Shown here: piece by piece, positions 27,574 through 38,237 of the stretch
Layout: each line of letters starts with the position of its first letter
How positions within the stretch are numbered: the stretch's first letter is position 1
From: Candidatus Aegiribacteria sp.
GTDB taxonomy: Bacteria; Fermentibacterota; Fermentibacteria; Fermentibacterales; JCC-6
DNA: 64,000 nt
Reading direction: 5' to 3'
Assembly: GCA_030620995.1 (NCBI GenBank)
Contig: JAUXIK010000007.1
Coordinates: forward strand, 1,506-65,505
Translations under genes and position numbers: made by a program
The notes under the pieces: model-generated
The model's input: only the letters and a program-made list of their open reading frames with translations
The model's database searches: none
What the model was told of the DNA's origin: nothing

Positions 27574-28161
27574 TCACAAGGAAGGCTTCATCTCTGGCTG
27601 AGCAGGCTTTTCCAGAAGAGCTGCTATTCTTCTTCTCAGTTTCAATTCGTTGACCAGAGTAAACCCGGCATTCGACGCTGTTTTAATAGTATTCGAAAAA
27701 TCCTCCGACGATACATGATGTGAAGGTTCGATCACAAGGAGAGCACCACCTTCTTTCAGCGTACTGAACAGCTGCGTGAAGAAAGAGCTGCTGTCAGGTA
27801 CTTCGTGAACAACCGCCGAAGCCAGAACGAAGTCAGCCACACCATCGAGGTTATCAGTTCTGAGAGAATCCTGCCTGCATACTCTAACTTCGATTCTGTC
27901 GTTCAAGTTCTTCTTTTTAGCCTTCCTGTAAAGCTTTGAGATCATTTTCTCCTGCATATCAATGCAGATGACTTTGCCGTTCGGTCCAACCATCAGAGCC
28001 ATTGGAAGGCTGAAGAAACCCATTGCGCAGCCTGCATCGATAACGGTCATACCTTCTTTGATATACGGTGATAGTATCTTGAACGGGTTCTCGAACAGCT
28101 TCCTCAAAGGGCTTGATAGAAGATGTCCCACCCAGACCGGACAGACATGTTGTTCCGACAT
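27574..28161 (-). CDS. Class I SAM-dependent methyltransferase
   Basis: Motif I VIDAGCAMGFF, at typical size. Confidence 0.7.
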   Translation of the reverse strand: MSEQHVCPVWVGHLLSSPLRKLFENPFKILSPYIKEGMTVIDAGCAMGFFSLPMALMVGPNGKVICIDMQEKMISKLYRKAKKKNLNDRIEVRVCRQDSLRTDNLDGVADFVLASAVVHEVPDSSSFFTQLFSTLKEGGALLVIEPSHHVSSEDFSNTIKTASNAGFTLVNELKLRRRIAALLEKPAQPEMKPSL

Positions 28162-28242
28162 TAATCCTCCTGTACAATTGCTATTTTTTCATTGATGCAA
28201 ATCAGATTGAATATAACAACAGAGTTCAGCCTCTGCTGCGTG

Positions 28243-29052
28243 TCACTGAATTTTCTTCCAGTATTTCCTTTTCCTGCCGTTCGCCTCATCGTAGATGAAA
28301 TCTCTATAACCCCATTCGCGGGATATCATTACATCGTGAATGTTTCCACTGGTATCTTTGACCGCCGATCCCGGGCAGTGAATGATGCTCCCTCCTTCTT
28401 TCACGACTCTTTCGAATTCCTTCAGCTCATCCTCCAGTTTCCATCCCAGGGCATGCGATGTTATCAGTACATCCGCGAAAGAATCAGGGAAGGGAAGTTC
28501 ATTCAGAAAACCGTCCACAACGAAAAGATTCGATATTCCGGATAATACAGCCTTCTGCCTGATGAACTGCCTGAGTCTCGAAACCGGTTCTACCGCGTAT
28601 ACGGTTTTTGCCTGTTCCGCCGCCTCAAGGGCAACCCTGCCCGTACCGGAGTCGGCATCAATAACAATCCTGTCTGCCAGGGAAGTGATTGAAATTATTT
28701 CGGAGAAATCCCATTTATGAAATTTCAGAGAATCGTAGACTTCCGGACATTTGCTGTAGACCAGCATATCCGCGATTGTCCATAAAACTGTGTCAGCGGA
28801 TCCGGAATAACCGGGTTTATCCGATGCTGCGGGGTACTTATTTTCAATTCTATCAAGAAAGGATTCGATCTCCGGGCATTTTTTCAACAGGAAGACTCTG
28901 ATCTCCGGACGGTTTTCAAGCACTGCAGCGAATTCCCGCTCGGGTATCCAGCCGGGCAGATAAGCTATCTGAAATGGTTCGAGAAGGTAGATATCCTCGA
29001 TTTCAAGTACGACTCCCTTGAAAATCTCCTTGAAAAGCTCAACTGATGCCAT
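28243..29052 (-). CDS. Class I SAM-dependent methyltransferase
   Basis: Motif I VIDADSGTGRVALEAA and a downstream acidic loop. Confidence 0.65.
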   Translation of the reverse strand: MASVELFKEIFKGVVLEIEDIYLLEPFQIAYLPGWIPEREFAAVLENRPEIRVFLLKKCPEIESFLDRIENKYPAASDKPGYSGSADTVLWTIADMLVYSKCPEVYDSLKFHKWDFSEIISITSLADRIVIDADSGTGRVALEAAEQAKTVYAVEPVSRLRQFIRQKAVLSGISNLFVVDGFLNELPFPDSFADVLITSHALGWKLEDELKEFERVVKEGGSIIHCPGSAVKDTSGNIHDVMISREWGYRDFIYDEANGRKRKYWKKIQ

Positions 29053-29069
29053 AATCTCCTTAAGTACCC

Positions 29070-29099
29070 GGGGACACGCAGCAGAGCCTGCATGTCCCC
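29070..29099. repeat. REP-like hairpin GGGGACACGCAGCAGAGCCTGCATGTCCCC
   Basis: 12-nt arms with one C.A mismatch. It lies between two minus-strand genes. Confidence 0.75.
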
Positions 29100-29118
29100 G
29101 ATAGCTAAAGCATCCCCA

Positions 29119-29733
29119 TTACTCTTGCGGTAAAAACAGCTCTACTTCGAATTCAATACGCTCAATCCATACATCGTCACCGTCTTCATCACTTCCGAGT
29201 TCAATATCTGTAATGTGCAGTATTCCGGATTCACGAATGATTCCATTATGGATTTCAACAGCGTTCTCATACGCCTCATCGCTTTCAGGCCAGAGCATTG
29301 CTGAGAGTGCCTCGAAACCTGATTCGAAGGTTTCCTGATCTGTCACGAACCAGAATGTTCTTTCTGCTCCGGGAGTGTTTTCAGAACCATCGTTCGGCCA
29401 TGTCCCATCCTCGTTCTGGAAATGATACTCGTATATGTAGAGAGCGTTTGTGCCTCTGTAGGGGGGAGTTACAATTTTGGTGTAATCGTAGTTTGGCTGA
29501 TCAGGGTTGATTATCCTGATAATCCATCCATCCACATCCGCCTCGTAATCAAGCTGAAATTCAAGATCAGGTGTGATTTCCTGTGTGAAATCCTCGAAGC
29601 GGTTGACGCTTCCGCTGAAACTGAAGGTTCCTTCAGCGTATTGTCCATACACCGCGCTGACGCAAAGCAGCAGATTCAAGGTGATTATCATCCATTGTAA
29701 TTTGAACTTTTTCAATTCCATACCCCTGTTCAT
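29119..29733 (-). CDS. Secreted protein, unknown function
   Basis: 204-aa ORF with a signal peptide (LLLCVSAVYGQ). Confidence 0.55.
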   Translation of the reverse strand: MNRGMELKKFKLQWMIITLNLLLCVSAVYGQYAEGTFSFSGSVNRFEDFTQEITPDLEFQLDYEADVDGWIIRIINPDQPNYDYTKIVTPPYRGTNALYIYEYHFQNEDGTWPNDGSENTPGAERTFWFVTDQETFESGFEALSAMLWPESDEAYENAVEIHNGIIRESGILHITDIELGSDEDGDDVWIERIEFEVELFLPQE

Positions 29734-29797
29734 TCATGAGACTTTTCCATAATTCTTTCCATAAGTATTAAATCGGGGCAGAAATGTCAAATTCTGC

Positions 29798-29882
29798 GGG
29801 GACACGCAGCAGAGGCTGGGGTTTTGGGGGACACCCATAGAGTTGGGTGTCCCCGAGTTGAGTGTCCCCGTTGGGCGTCCCC
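29798..29882. repeat. REP/BIME-like composite: left-arm unit, perfect hairpin GGGGACACCCA-TAGAGT-TGGGTGTCCCC, and two extra GTCCCC half-sites
   Basis: Units at 29798 and 29827..29854. Half-sites at 29862..29869 and 29875..29882. It sits in the divergent region upstream of gmd. Confidence 0.7.
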
Positions 29883-29935
29883 TTTTGATGTTGTATTGTA
29901 ATGATGTGGTTTATACAGATTAAGATGGAGAGACT

Positions 29936-30919
29936 ATGAAAAAAGCATTGATAACCGGGATTACGGGTCAGGACGGTTCCTACCTTGCAGAGCTGCTCAT
30001 TGATAAAGGATATGAAGTACACGGGATAGTAAGGCGGTCGAGCAGTTTCAACCGCGAACGAATAGAGCATCTCATCCAGGATCCTGATGTGTACAGGAAT
30101 GTACTGTTCCTTCATTACGGTGATATGACTGACTCCAGCGCTATTAACCGAATACTGGAAAAGATCGGACCCGATGAGATCTACAATCTTGCCGCGCAGA
30201 GTCATGTTCGCATATCCTTCGACATGCCTGAATACACCGGTGATGTTGACGGTATAGGTGTGACAAGGCTCCTGGACGCCATAAGGGAGGTCGGTCTTGT
30301 TGGTGAATGCAAGTTCTATCAGGCCTCCACCAGTGAGATGTTCGGATCTTCTCCCCCGCCCCAGAGCGAAAATACGCCTTTCCATCCCAGAAGCCCCTAC
30401 GCTGCCGCTAAACTCTACGCTCACTGGATGGTCGTGAACTACAGGCAGGGTTACGGACTGCATGCCTCAAGTGGAATTCTGTTCAATCATGAGTCTCCCA
30501 GAAGGGGGAGAAACTTCGTGACGCGAAAGGTTGCCACAGCGGCTGCACGGATTAAGATGGGCCTTCAGGACAGCCTTGCCCTGGGAAACCTGGACGCAAA
30601 AAGAGACTGGGGACATGCGAAGGATTACGTCCGGGCGATGTATCTCATGCTGCAGCAGCCCGGAGGCGATGACTTCGTGATAGCTACCGGAAAAACTCAT
30701 TCCATCAGGGATCTGCTCGATACAGCTTTCGGGAGTCTGGAACTTGACTGGGAAAATTTTGTTAAGGTTGACGAAAGATACTTCCGGCCAACCGAGGTGG
30801 ACATTCTTATGGGTGATTCTTCCAAGGCAAAGAGAATTCTTGGCTGGAAAGCGGAGATAAGCTTTGAGGAAATGATCATTGAACTTGTTGACAGCGAGAT
30901 GAGGTTTCTCAAGGCGTAG
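29936..30919 (+). CDS. gmd: GDP-mannose 4,6-dehydratase
   Basis: [21 protein letters not shown], a Rossmann GxxGxxG, and SEMFG and [10 protein letters not shown] blocks characteristic of Gmd. Confidence 0.9.
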   Translation: MKKALITGITGQDGSYLAELLIDKGYEVHGIVRRSSSFNRERIEHLIQDPDVYRNVLFLHYGDMTDSSAINRILEKIGPDEIYNLAAQSHVRISFDMPEYTGDVDGIGVTRLLDAIREVGLVGECKFYQASTSEMFGSSPPPQSENTPFHPRSPYAAAKLYAHWMVVNYRQGYGLHASSGILFNHESPRRGRNFVTRKVATAAARIKMGLQDSLALGNLDAKRDWGHAKDYVRAMYLMLQQPGGDDFVIATGKTHSIRDLLDTAFGSLELDWENFVKVDERYFRPTEVDILMGDSSKAKRILGWKAEISFEEMIIELVDSEMRFLKA

Positions 30920-31104
30920 TTAGTCCGCAACCAGCTTGACAGTACATACGCGGTTCCGAGCAGATGTCCGGAAAACTGCTTTGCAGACGGAAATATCTGT
31001 TACTCTTTTCAAGGGGGACACAATACATTATAGTTTTAATAGGAATATGATCAATCAGAGATTTTTCTGAACAAATCCAATTACCATAACTTAAGGAGAA
31101 TAGT

Positions 31105-33135
31105 ATGAAATTTGTGCTACCTGCTATTCTTGTCGTCAGTATGTTCGCGGCGGCAGGAGAACTCAGTTTCAGCTACGATATCTCCCTGGATGACGTTGAA
31201 ATGACGACATTCGAGGGTTACGATTTCCCGCTGATCCCGAACGGCCTTACCACATTCAACGACGGATACCCGAATCTTCCCGGCGTTGCTTACTCCTTCC
31301 TTATTCCACAGGGGACTGCTCTTGTTGATATAGCAGTCGAAATACATGAAATTCAAACAATTGAAGGAAACTGGGTTATAGATCCGGTAAGATCCTGCCG
31401 GCTGAACGAGGCACTGGGTCCCAGAGTTTTGAATTCTCTTGTTTACAATTCAGACGATGTGTTTCCCTCGGAACAGGCGCTGTTCATGCAAAGCGGAAAC
31501 AAAACCGGTTTCAGGGTGGGAAGCTTCACTTTTGTGCCCTTCCAGTACAAACCTCTCAGCAGAGAACTCTGCGTAATTACATCAGCATCCATAACGGTTA
31601 CTTACACTGAAGACGCTTCCGTCAGAATGCTCTCACTTACAGATCAGCAGATAACCCTTGCTGGAAATGGCCTGAGGAACATCGTTTCCAACTCCGAGAT
31701 GCTTGACCAGTGGGCTCCTTCCCTGAGCACCGGAACAGATGGCGCCAGCTGGCTTGTATTAGCTGATCCCATCTACGAAACAATGCTTGAACCTCTCGTT
31801 GCTCACAGAGACAACACAACAGGTTGTGCCGATTATGTCTCCCTTGACTGGATCTATGCCAACTACACCGGATATGACACCCAGGAACAGATAAGGAACT
31901 ACCTGATCGACAGGTTCGAGAACCACGGTCTTATCTACGTTCTTATCGTTGGTGACTACGGACCTACTACAAGGATTTCGGAGCTTACTCTTTCGGGTCA
32001 ACATCTTGACTCCGTATCCGATCTCTACTACTCCGATCTCGATGGCACCTGGGATGGCAACGGAAACCATAAATACGGTGAATACGGCGACGGTATTGAT
32101 TACTACTCCGACATCTACGTTGGAAGATACAGCTCCGAAGTCGACTACAGAATAGAAGCAATGATAAACAGGACCCTGGCCTACGAACAAACACCTACAG
32201 CAGGAGACTGGCAGCAGACCGCTCTTCTCCTTGGCGCGCTGCTCTGGCCTCCATACGGTGGAAAAACCGTTTGTGATACGATCGCCAAGAGAATCCCGCT
32301 TGACTGGACTGTTCATAAGCTCTATGAGACCGGTTCCGGACATCCCACAAACCAGATCGATCTTCTTAATGACGGAGCCTGTTTCTGCGAACCGACAGGT
32401 CATGGCTGGACAAACGGAATCTACTGGTACTACGCGCCCGACAACATGATAACCAATTACAACTATACCGACCTTACGAACATTGATATGCTGACTGTTT
32501 TTTCCTCCATAACATGTCTTGCCGGCAAGATCAGTGTGGGATGCATAGCTGAAAAACTGATGTACCTGTCTACAGGTGGCGCCATAGCTGTCATGTTCAA
32601 CTCTGACAACGGATGGGGACTTCCTCCCAATATGGGTCCTTCCGAAATTCTGGAGGTCTGCATTTCAGACCAGCTGTTCACATACGGACAGCAGGAAATC
32701 GGAGTCATGCATTCACTCGCCAAAGATCAGATGAGAGCCGGACCCCACGTAACCTTCGAAGAATGGGTACTTCAGGAGCATAACCTTCTCGGTGATCCCG
32801 CATTGCTCTTCTCACCGGGATACTACGGTATTGAAGACGGACCGGAAATAAATCTTCTTCTTCCCTCTCTTTCCGCTCCCACTCCCAACCCATCGGTTGG
32901 AAACTGCTCCATAGCTTTCGACATGCCTTATTCAGGCAACGCCGAGATAACTGTATATGACCTCAGCGGAAGAGCTGTTGCAACCGTACTCAGTGGAACG
33001 CTGAATGCGGGATCAGGTTCTGTAGCGTTTGACGGAAGAAACAATTCCGGCAATCAGCTGCCGTCCGGATGTTATACGGTTGTATTGACCGGTACTGCCG
33101 GTGCAGCTTCTACGAGAATGATCATAGTCAGATAG
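31105..33135 (+). CDS. Peptidase C25 (gingipain-like) with T9SS-type C-terminal sorting domain
   Basis: Signal peptide, YVLIVGD, a His in EPTGHGW and a Cys in SSITCLAGK. The CTD is PNPSVGNCSIAFDM...ITVYDLSGRAV...GCYTVVL. Confidence 0.7.
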   Translation: MKFVLPAILVVSMFAAAGELSFSYDISLDDVEMTTFEGYDFPLIPNGLTTFNDGYPNLPGVAYSFLIPQGTALVDIAVEIHEIQTIEGNWVIDPVRSCRLNEALGPRVLNSLVYNSDDVFPSEQALFMQSGNKTGFRVGSFTFVPFQYKPLSRELCVITSASITVTYTEDASVRMLSLTDQQITLAGNGLRNIVSNSEMLDQWAPSLSTGTDGASWLVLADPIYETMLEPLVAHRDNTTGCADYVSLDWIYANYTGYDTQEQIRNYLIDRFENHGLIYVLIVGDYGPTTRISELTLSGQHLDSVSDLYYSDLDGTWDGNGNHKYGEYGDGIDYYSDIYVGRYSSEVDYRIEAMINRTLAYEQTPTAGDWQQTALLLGALLWPPYGGKTVCDTIAKRIPLDWTVHKLYETGSGHPTNQIDLLNDGACFCEPTGHGWTNGIYWYYAPDNMITNYNYTDLTNIDMLTVFSSITCLAGKISVGCIAEKLMYLSTGGAIAVMFNSDNGWGLPPNMGPSEILEVCISDQLFTYGQQEIGVMHSLAKDQMRAGPHVTFEEWVLQEHNLLGDPALLFSPGYYGIEDGPEINLLLPSLSAPTPNPSVGNCSIAFDMPYSGNAEITVYDLSGRAVATVLSGTLNAGSGSVAFDGRNNSGNQLPSGCYTVVLTGTAGAASTRMIIVR

Positions 33136-33150
33136 GAATATCCTGTTTGA

Positions 33151-33186
33151 AAAGGCGGGGCGGTTAATTCCGCCCCGCTTTTTTTA
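33151..33186. terminator. Bidirectional rho-independent terminator
   Basis: AAAA-GCGGGGCGG-TTAATT-CCGCCCCGC-TTTTTTT between convergent genes. Confidence 0.85.
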
Positions 33187-33196
33187 TGAGGGCAGG

Positions 33197-34873
33197 TTAG
33201 AAAAGTCCCGTGATATTACCGTCAGCATCAACATCCATTTGAGTGGCCGCGGGTTCGTCAGGCAATCCGGGCATGCGCATAATATCTCCTGTTATGGGGA
33301 CAAGGTAACCTGCTCCAGCTGATATCTCTATTTCCCGCACCGTCACAATGAAATCCTTCGGTCTGCCAAGCAGTTTTGGATTATCCGAGAGCGACTTCTG
33401 AGTTTTAGCGATGCATACGGGAAGTTTGTCGTAACCCTTCTTTTTAATAGTTCGCAGATCTTTCCTGGCGAGCTTTGTGTAATCTATGTGCTCGGCCCCG
33501 TAGATTTCCTTCGCTACTATTTCAATTTTCTCCTTAACGCCCAGGTTCCAATCGTAGAGAGGTTTGAAGGTTTTACTGCAGTCCCTTACATTCTCAATCA
33601 CGAGAGAAGCTACTTCCTCCATCCCTTTGCCGCCGTTGACGAATCCGTCTCCCACCGACGCGGGCTCACCCATTTCAGAGCAGCGATCCAGGATCACCTG
33701 CAGTTCTTCATCGGTATCACCCTGGAATCTGTTCACACAAACCACAGAGGGAAGACCAAACTTGTCAATATTCTCAAGGTGCTTCTCCAGGTTGGGAAGC
33801 CCGGCCGCAACCGCATCCGGATTCGGTATTTCAAGATCCTTCTTCTTTACACCCCCGTGCATTTTCAGGGCGCGGCACGTTACGACAAGCACAACAAGAC
33901 CCGGGTGGAGGTTACCGTACGGACACGTTATATCGAAAAATTTCTCCGCTCCCAGATCAAAACCGAATCCGGCCTCGGTTATAGCCCAGTCAGAGAAGGC
34001 AACGGACATCTGCGTCGCGAGAATTGAGTTGCAGCCATGCGCGATGTTGGCGAATGGGCCGCAATGCACGAACGCCGGATTACCTTCCAGCGTCTGAACA
34101 AGGTTCGGTTTAATTGCATCTTTCAGGAGCATTGCTATTGCGCCCGAAATATTCATTTCCTTTGCTGTAACCTCTTCCATGTCATACGTGAGACCCAGGA
34201 AGATTCTGTCCACTTTTCTTTTAAGATCTTCCAGATCCTTCGAAAGAGAGAGGATGGCCATTATCTCGCTGGCAGCGGTTATATCGAACCCGGATTCCCG
34301 CGGAACGCCCTGGGTTCTTCCTCCAAGCCCGATGATCACATCCCTCAGGGATCTGTCATTCATGTCGATCACCCGTTTGAAGCTGATGGTTCTGGGATCC
34401 AGTCGGGATAGATTGCCCTTGTGAAGGTAGTTGTCTATCGTTGCGGCAAGGAGATTGTTGGCTGAAGTAATCGCGTGAATATCCCCGGTAAAATGAAGAT
34501 TGATGTCTTCCATCGGGATAATTTGCGAATGACCTCCTCCCGCGGCGCCTCCTTTTATTCCGAATATGGGTCCGAGAGATGGTTCACGTATGGCACAGCT
34601 GACCGATTCGCCCAGTCTGGCCAGCCCCTGCGTAAGCCCTATGGTCATGGTGGTCTTGCCCTCTCCAGCGGGGGTGGGCGTCATGGCGGAAACCAGAACC
34701 AGTTTTCCGAATCCTTTTCGCTTCTTCTCCAGAGTATCAAGATGAACTTTCGCCTTATCCCGACCGTAGAGATCAAGGTCTTCCTCTGAAAGTCCCAGCT
34801 GTTCCGCAATTTCAACAATAGGACGCGGGGTGGTTTTTCGCGCTATCTCAATATCAGTCGGGAATGAATTCAC
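33197..34873 (-). CDS. fhs: Formate--tetrahydrofolate ligase
   Basis: DIEIARKTTPRPI, PTPAGEGKTT and a full-length 558 aa. Confidence 0.9.
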   Translation of the reverse strand: MNSFPTDIEIARKTTPRPIVEIAEQLGLSEEDLDLYGRDKAKVHLDTLEKKRKGFGKLVLVSAMTPTPAGEGKTTMTIGLTQGLARLGESVSCAIREPSLGPIFGIKGGAAGGGHSQIIPMEDINLHFTGDIHAITSANNLLAATIDNYLHKGNLSRLDPRTISFKRVIDMNDRSLRDVIIGLGGRTQGVPRESGFDITAASEIMAILSLSKDLEDLKRKVDRIFLGLTYDMEEVTAKEMNISGAIAMLLKDAIKPNLVQTLEGNPAFVHCGPFANIAHGCNSILATQMSVAFSDWAITEAGFGFDLGAEKFFDITCPYGNLHPGLVVLVVTCRALKMHGGVKKKDLEIPNPDAVAAGLPNLEKHLENIDKFGLPSVVCVNRFQGDTDEELQVILDRCSEMGEPASVGDGFVNGGKGMEEVASLVIENVRDCSKTFKPLYDWNLGVKEKIEIVAKEIYGAEHIDYTKLARKDLRTIKKKGYDKLPVCIAKTQKSLSDNPKLLGRPKDFIVTVREIEISAGAGYLVPITGDIMRMPGLPDEPAATQMDVDADGNITGLF

Positions 34874-35121
34874 TTCTCTCCTCCGTATTCAGAATCCGTT
34901 AGAGCTGGTTTTCTCCTGAGGTTCTATTTCAATTCTTTCTAATGCAGGTTCTACAACTTTTTCCTGTGTGCCTTCGGGCGGCAGATCAAAGCCTTTCGTT
35001 CCGGTATGAGCAGTATTGCAGACAGAATGGTTTTTAGCAACTCCATGTACCAACAGAGAAGGGGAAGGCTTCTGTGCCTTCCCCTTCAGTGGGAGGGAGA
35101 ATGTGGTGTGCTCGGGCAGTA

Positions 35122-35655
35122 TTATCTTACAGAACCGCGTCGCATTTCGTGCTCGGCCGCCACTTCTGCCAGCTTATCAAGCTGTTCAGCGGTAAGAACA
35201 TTATGCAGATCAACGATAGCTACATAGACCACATCTCTGACCGCGTCTCTGGTTTCATCCATAGCGCCAAGAGTTGTCTCAAGGTCTCTTACTGTAAGTG
35301 TCGGAGAAGTGAACAGTTCTATGAACAAAGTGCGCATATCTGATGCTTCAGCAGCATCCATGATTATTCTTATCTCTTCTCTCGTATCTGCTATTATACC
35401 CTCTACCTGTTCGGTTTGATCGTTTGAAAGATCCAGTACTCTGAACATCATCCTGAATCTTTCCAGATTCTCAAACACGGATCCGCCGACATTACCGCCG
35501 GGTCCGCCGGGACTTCTGGAATCATGCATCATGGCTCCACCGGGGCGCCCGGCACCCGAAGGCGAATGATCTCCAAACCTCTGAGCCATTGCCGTTCCGG
35601 CAAGCAGACTGACTGCAATCGCGATTATTCCAATTACTTTGATCTTCTGTTTCAT
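35122..35655 (-). CDS. Periplasmic Spy/CpxP-like LTXXQ-motif protein
   Basis: Signal peptide, with LSNDQ and LTAEQ motifs in predicted helices. Confidence 0.55.
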   Translation of the reverse strand: MKQKIKVIGIIAIAVSLLAGTAMAQRFGDHSPSGAGRPGGAMMHDSRSPGGPGGNVGGSVFENLERFRMMFRVLDLSNDQTEQVEGIIADTREEIRIIMDAAEASDMRTLFIELFTSPTLTVRDLETTLGAMDETRDAVRDVVYVAIVDLHNVLTAEQLDKLAEVAAEHEMRRGSVR

Positions 35656-35668
35656 TACAGACCCTTTC

Positions 35669-36568
35669 CTATTCCTTCAGCGCGATCATTCCCCATGCGC
35701 CGGAATCGTAATCGTCTTCTTCCTGATCGAGCATTGTATCGGCATCAATAATGTCAGCCGCTATGAACCAGTGATCTGAAGACGCTTCCGCGTACCATTC
35801 GTAACTGTAGATACCATCTGAAGCAACTCTGTCTCCCCATAATCCCTCATCATTCATGAAATGGCGTGGCCATGAAGGACAGGGGCCATGAGCGTACAGA
35901 TAGAATTCGGGATCATACTGAGGATTAGTATGAAGAACTTCAACTTCGAGTCGAATAAGCTCGCCTGATTCAATCACTGGAAGACCTGTTTCAATATCGT
36001 AGAAGGTATCAGGGGAATCGCACTCCCAGGCGAGATCATCCCCTTTGTAGATCTTCATTGACTGTATGAAGACTTCCTGCGGTATATCCGAGTTAAGGGA
36101 ATACTCCGCTGGTGTGATGTGAGTGAGAACCCATCCTCCGTGTATGCTGACATCGTCATACCGCTCAACGACAGCTCTTCTTGTTCTGATATCACTGATA
36201 GGCTTGATGCCCGGGTTGAATTCCCCGTCATGAACAACATCGATATAGAAATCCGCATAAAGATTCCTAACTACTGTTACAGTACATATCCCTGTTGACG
36301 GATCATTCTCCAGAATCACTTCAAATGCTGCTGATTCATTCGCGAGTTGCCTGAACCAGAATTCAGGATGGGTACCGTCTTTTCCATCTCCATCCTCTCC
36401 CTGGCCTTCAAGAGGTCTCATCTCGACAGTACCGTTACTGGCGAGAAGATTGTAAATGTGATCCGAATCACTCAGTTCGGTAGCATCCTGCACACATCCA
36501 CCGACAAGAACAACGAGCGCAACTGTAATTCCTAGAAGCTTTGTCATTATAGCTCCTCCTTTCTTCAC
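35669..36568 (-). CDS. Lipoprotein, unknown function
   Basis: Lipobox LVGGC in a 299-aa ORF. Confidence 0.55.
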   Translation of the reverse strand: MKKGGAIMTKLLGITVALVVLVGGCVQDATELSDSDHIYNLLASNGTVEMRPLEGQGEDGDGKDGTHPEFWFRQLANESAAFEVILENDPSTGICTVTVVRNLYADFYIDVVHDGEFNPGIKPISDIRTRRAVVERYDDVSIHGGWVLTHITPAEYSLNSDIPQEVFIQSMKIYKGDDLAWECDSPDTFYDIETGLPVIESGELIRLEVEVLHTNPQYDPEFYLYAHGPCPSWPRHFMNDEGLWGDRVASDGIYSYEWYAEASSDHWFIAADIIDADTMLDQEEDDYDSGAWGMIALKE

Positions 36569-36641
36569 GGTTATTCTGCAGGGGAATTACGAACGGATTA
36601 TGAGCGGAGTGTAACAGAATGTAACAATATTTCAGCTATCC

Positions 36642-36759
36642 GGGGACACGCAGCAGATGTTAAGTTTATGGGGGACACCCACCAGAGGCTGGGTTTTTGG
36701 GGACACGCAGCAGAGCGGCATGTTTTTTGGGGACACCCACCAATAGAGTGGGTGTCCCC
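36642..36759. repeat. REP/BIME-like tandem array of four GGGGACAC units ending in a perfect 11-bp hairpin
   Basis: Units start at 36642, 36671, 36699 and 36729. The hairpin GGGGACACCCA...TGGGTGTCCCC is at 36729..36759, 7 nt past the stop of the minus-strand gene. Confidence 0.75.
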
Positions 36760-36766
36760 GTATGCT

Positions 36767-38062
36767 CTATCTGAAGCTTATTTCAGCTCCCAGGCCGAAG
36801 TACCATAAGCTCTTGTTGTAAGTACAGTCCTCAAATGTGTCTGTGCCTTTCCCCTCGTCATAGATATTGTGTCCACCGGCAAGAGTAAGGGCCATATTCT
36901 CTGTTACCGCATAGCGGAGCCCTCCGCCAATGCAGTGACAATCGAGGTTATACTCGAAATCACTGTAAGTATCTTCACTGCCGCCGAGATCGGATCGGAG
37001 ATAAGCCAGTCCGCCAAGAAGCCTTGGAGTGAACTGATAATCAATTCCTATTCCGATATCGAGACCATTCTTGTAGTCGTCATCAAGTCCGTCGAGCGAA
37101 TCTTCAGCAGCATCCTCAACCATATAGTAATTGAAAGTGGTACTCAGCAGGAATTCAGGTGAGAAACGGTACGAAATGCCACCGGAGATTATTGCGGGAA
37201 GATCTCTTCTCTGCTTGTAGCCGTCAGTGAACGAGGAATCCGGAAGCCCGAATGCGGCCCAGCTGTTCTCCGTAACACTTGTCTCAAATTCGAGATTCGT
37301 GCGGGTTTCGTATTTGAGGGCAATATTAAGGTTTTCAACAGGCACTGCATTAACACTGATTATCCCGTTGAAACCGCTTGCGGTCTTCTCAACATCAAGA
37401 GTGCGGCTTACCTGCGACTGGTGTGTCGTAGTGTCTATCCAGGTAACTGTGAAATCACCTTGTCCATCGTATGTTTTCTTCGCGGTCGTATACCTTCCGG
37501 CAAGCGAAAGGGATATTACATCATTTACCTCATAGGATGCTCCTGCTGTCCCCGCGAGGTATCGTGAAGACGCTTTGATATATCCGCTGTCCATTATCGC
37601 GAAACATATCGTTCCCGGATGCATCATCTGCTCAAGGCCGGTCTCTATCAGTGACATGGCATAGATACCATCCTTGTAATCCAGAGTCCCTCCCCCTGCG
37701 GGAACTGTAAAGGCTCCAAATACCGCCCAGTCTCCTGTTCTGAAAACAGCATAGAAATCAGGATAGAACAGCGTTGGTTCTGTTGACCGGTATGTTTCCA
37801 CGGATGTTGTGTCCCAGAAGGGAACAGCATCAATACTGTAGTCCTTCAAAAGGAACTCGTTACCGAAGCTGATGTGGAAACCTTCCTCCAGGAAGACCAG
37901 CCCGGCTGGATTGTAGCTTACCAGATCCGCGCCTTCTATTGCCACGTTTCTGGCGAAGTTCCTGAAGTAGTTCACGCTCCTGTTTGTAAGGTAATCAATG
38001 TTTCCACCAATTACTGATCCTGTGAAGATTGCAACAAGCAATACAACATAAAGGATCTTCAT
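36767..38062 (-). CDS. FadL/TodX-like outer-membrane transport beta-barrel
   Basis: I prefer the ATG at 38062 (MKILYVVLLVAIF signal peptide). YNPAGLVF is an N-terminal hatch-like motif. Alternating beta pattern. Confidence 0.55.
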   Translation of the reverse strand: MKILYVVLLVAIFTGSVIGGNIDYLTNRSVNYFRNFARNVAIEGADLVSYNPAGLVFLEEGFHISFGNEFLLKDYSIDAVPFWDTTSVETYRSTEPTLFYPDFYAVFRTGDWAVFGAFTVPAGGGTLDYKDGIYAMSLIETGLEQMMHPGTICFAIMDSGYIKASSRYLAGTAGASYEVNDVISLSLAGRYTTAKKTYDGQGDFTVTWIDTTTHQSQVSRTLDVEKTASGFNGIISVNAVPVENLNIALKYETRTNLEFETSVTENSWAAFGLPDSSFTDGYKQRRDLPAIISGGISYRFSPEFLLSTTFNYYMVEDAAEDSLDGLDDDYKNGLDIGIGIDYQFTPRLLGGLAYLRSDLGGSEDTYSDFEYNLDCHCIGGGLRYAVTENMALTLAGGHNIYDEGKGTDTFEDCTYNKSLWYFGLGAEISFR

Positions 38063-38237
38063 AAAAACCCTCTCTTTCTCAGACCCCTTTTCAGGGCCAC
38101 AGACGCATCTGTGTAACCCGCAAATTATTGAAGTAAGTATCCTATGATTGCTCCGCAACGTCCACCCATGAGGTTACATTGCGAAAAACTGAAAAAAAGC
38201 ATGTCACTTTTATTAGTGGGTGGCACTATTCAAGACC

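Noticed and set aside
26361-29052. An AAA+ ATPase plus two methyltransferases as a restriction-modification or BREX-like module.
   Set aside because: Both methyltransferases look like small-molecule/protein class I enzymes, with no DNA MTase motifs such as DPPY/NPPY or the PC-ENV blocks. No nuclease or specificity gene is adjacent.
29768-30463. A 231-aa ORF on the minus strand.
   Set aside because: It lies antisense to the unambiguous gmd gene and begins inside the REP region. It has no recognisable motifs and is treated as a shadow ORF.
30961-30999. A possible terminator hairpin after gmd (CAGATGTCCG...CGGAAATATCTG).
   Set aside because: The arms pair imperfectly with an indel, and the following T-run is weak. 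It is not convincing by eye.
36642-36759. A tandem GGGGACAC array (also at 29798..29882 and 9233..9293) that could be mistaken for a mini CRISPR array.
   Set aside because: The whole 28-30 nt unit is repeated rather than constant repeats alternating with unique spacers. Arrays have only 2-4 units, the last unit folds back on itself, and no cas genes are present. A REP/BIME-like element fits better.
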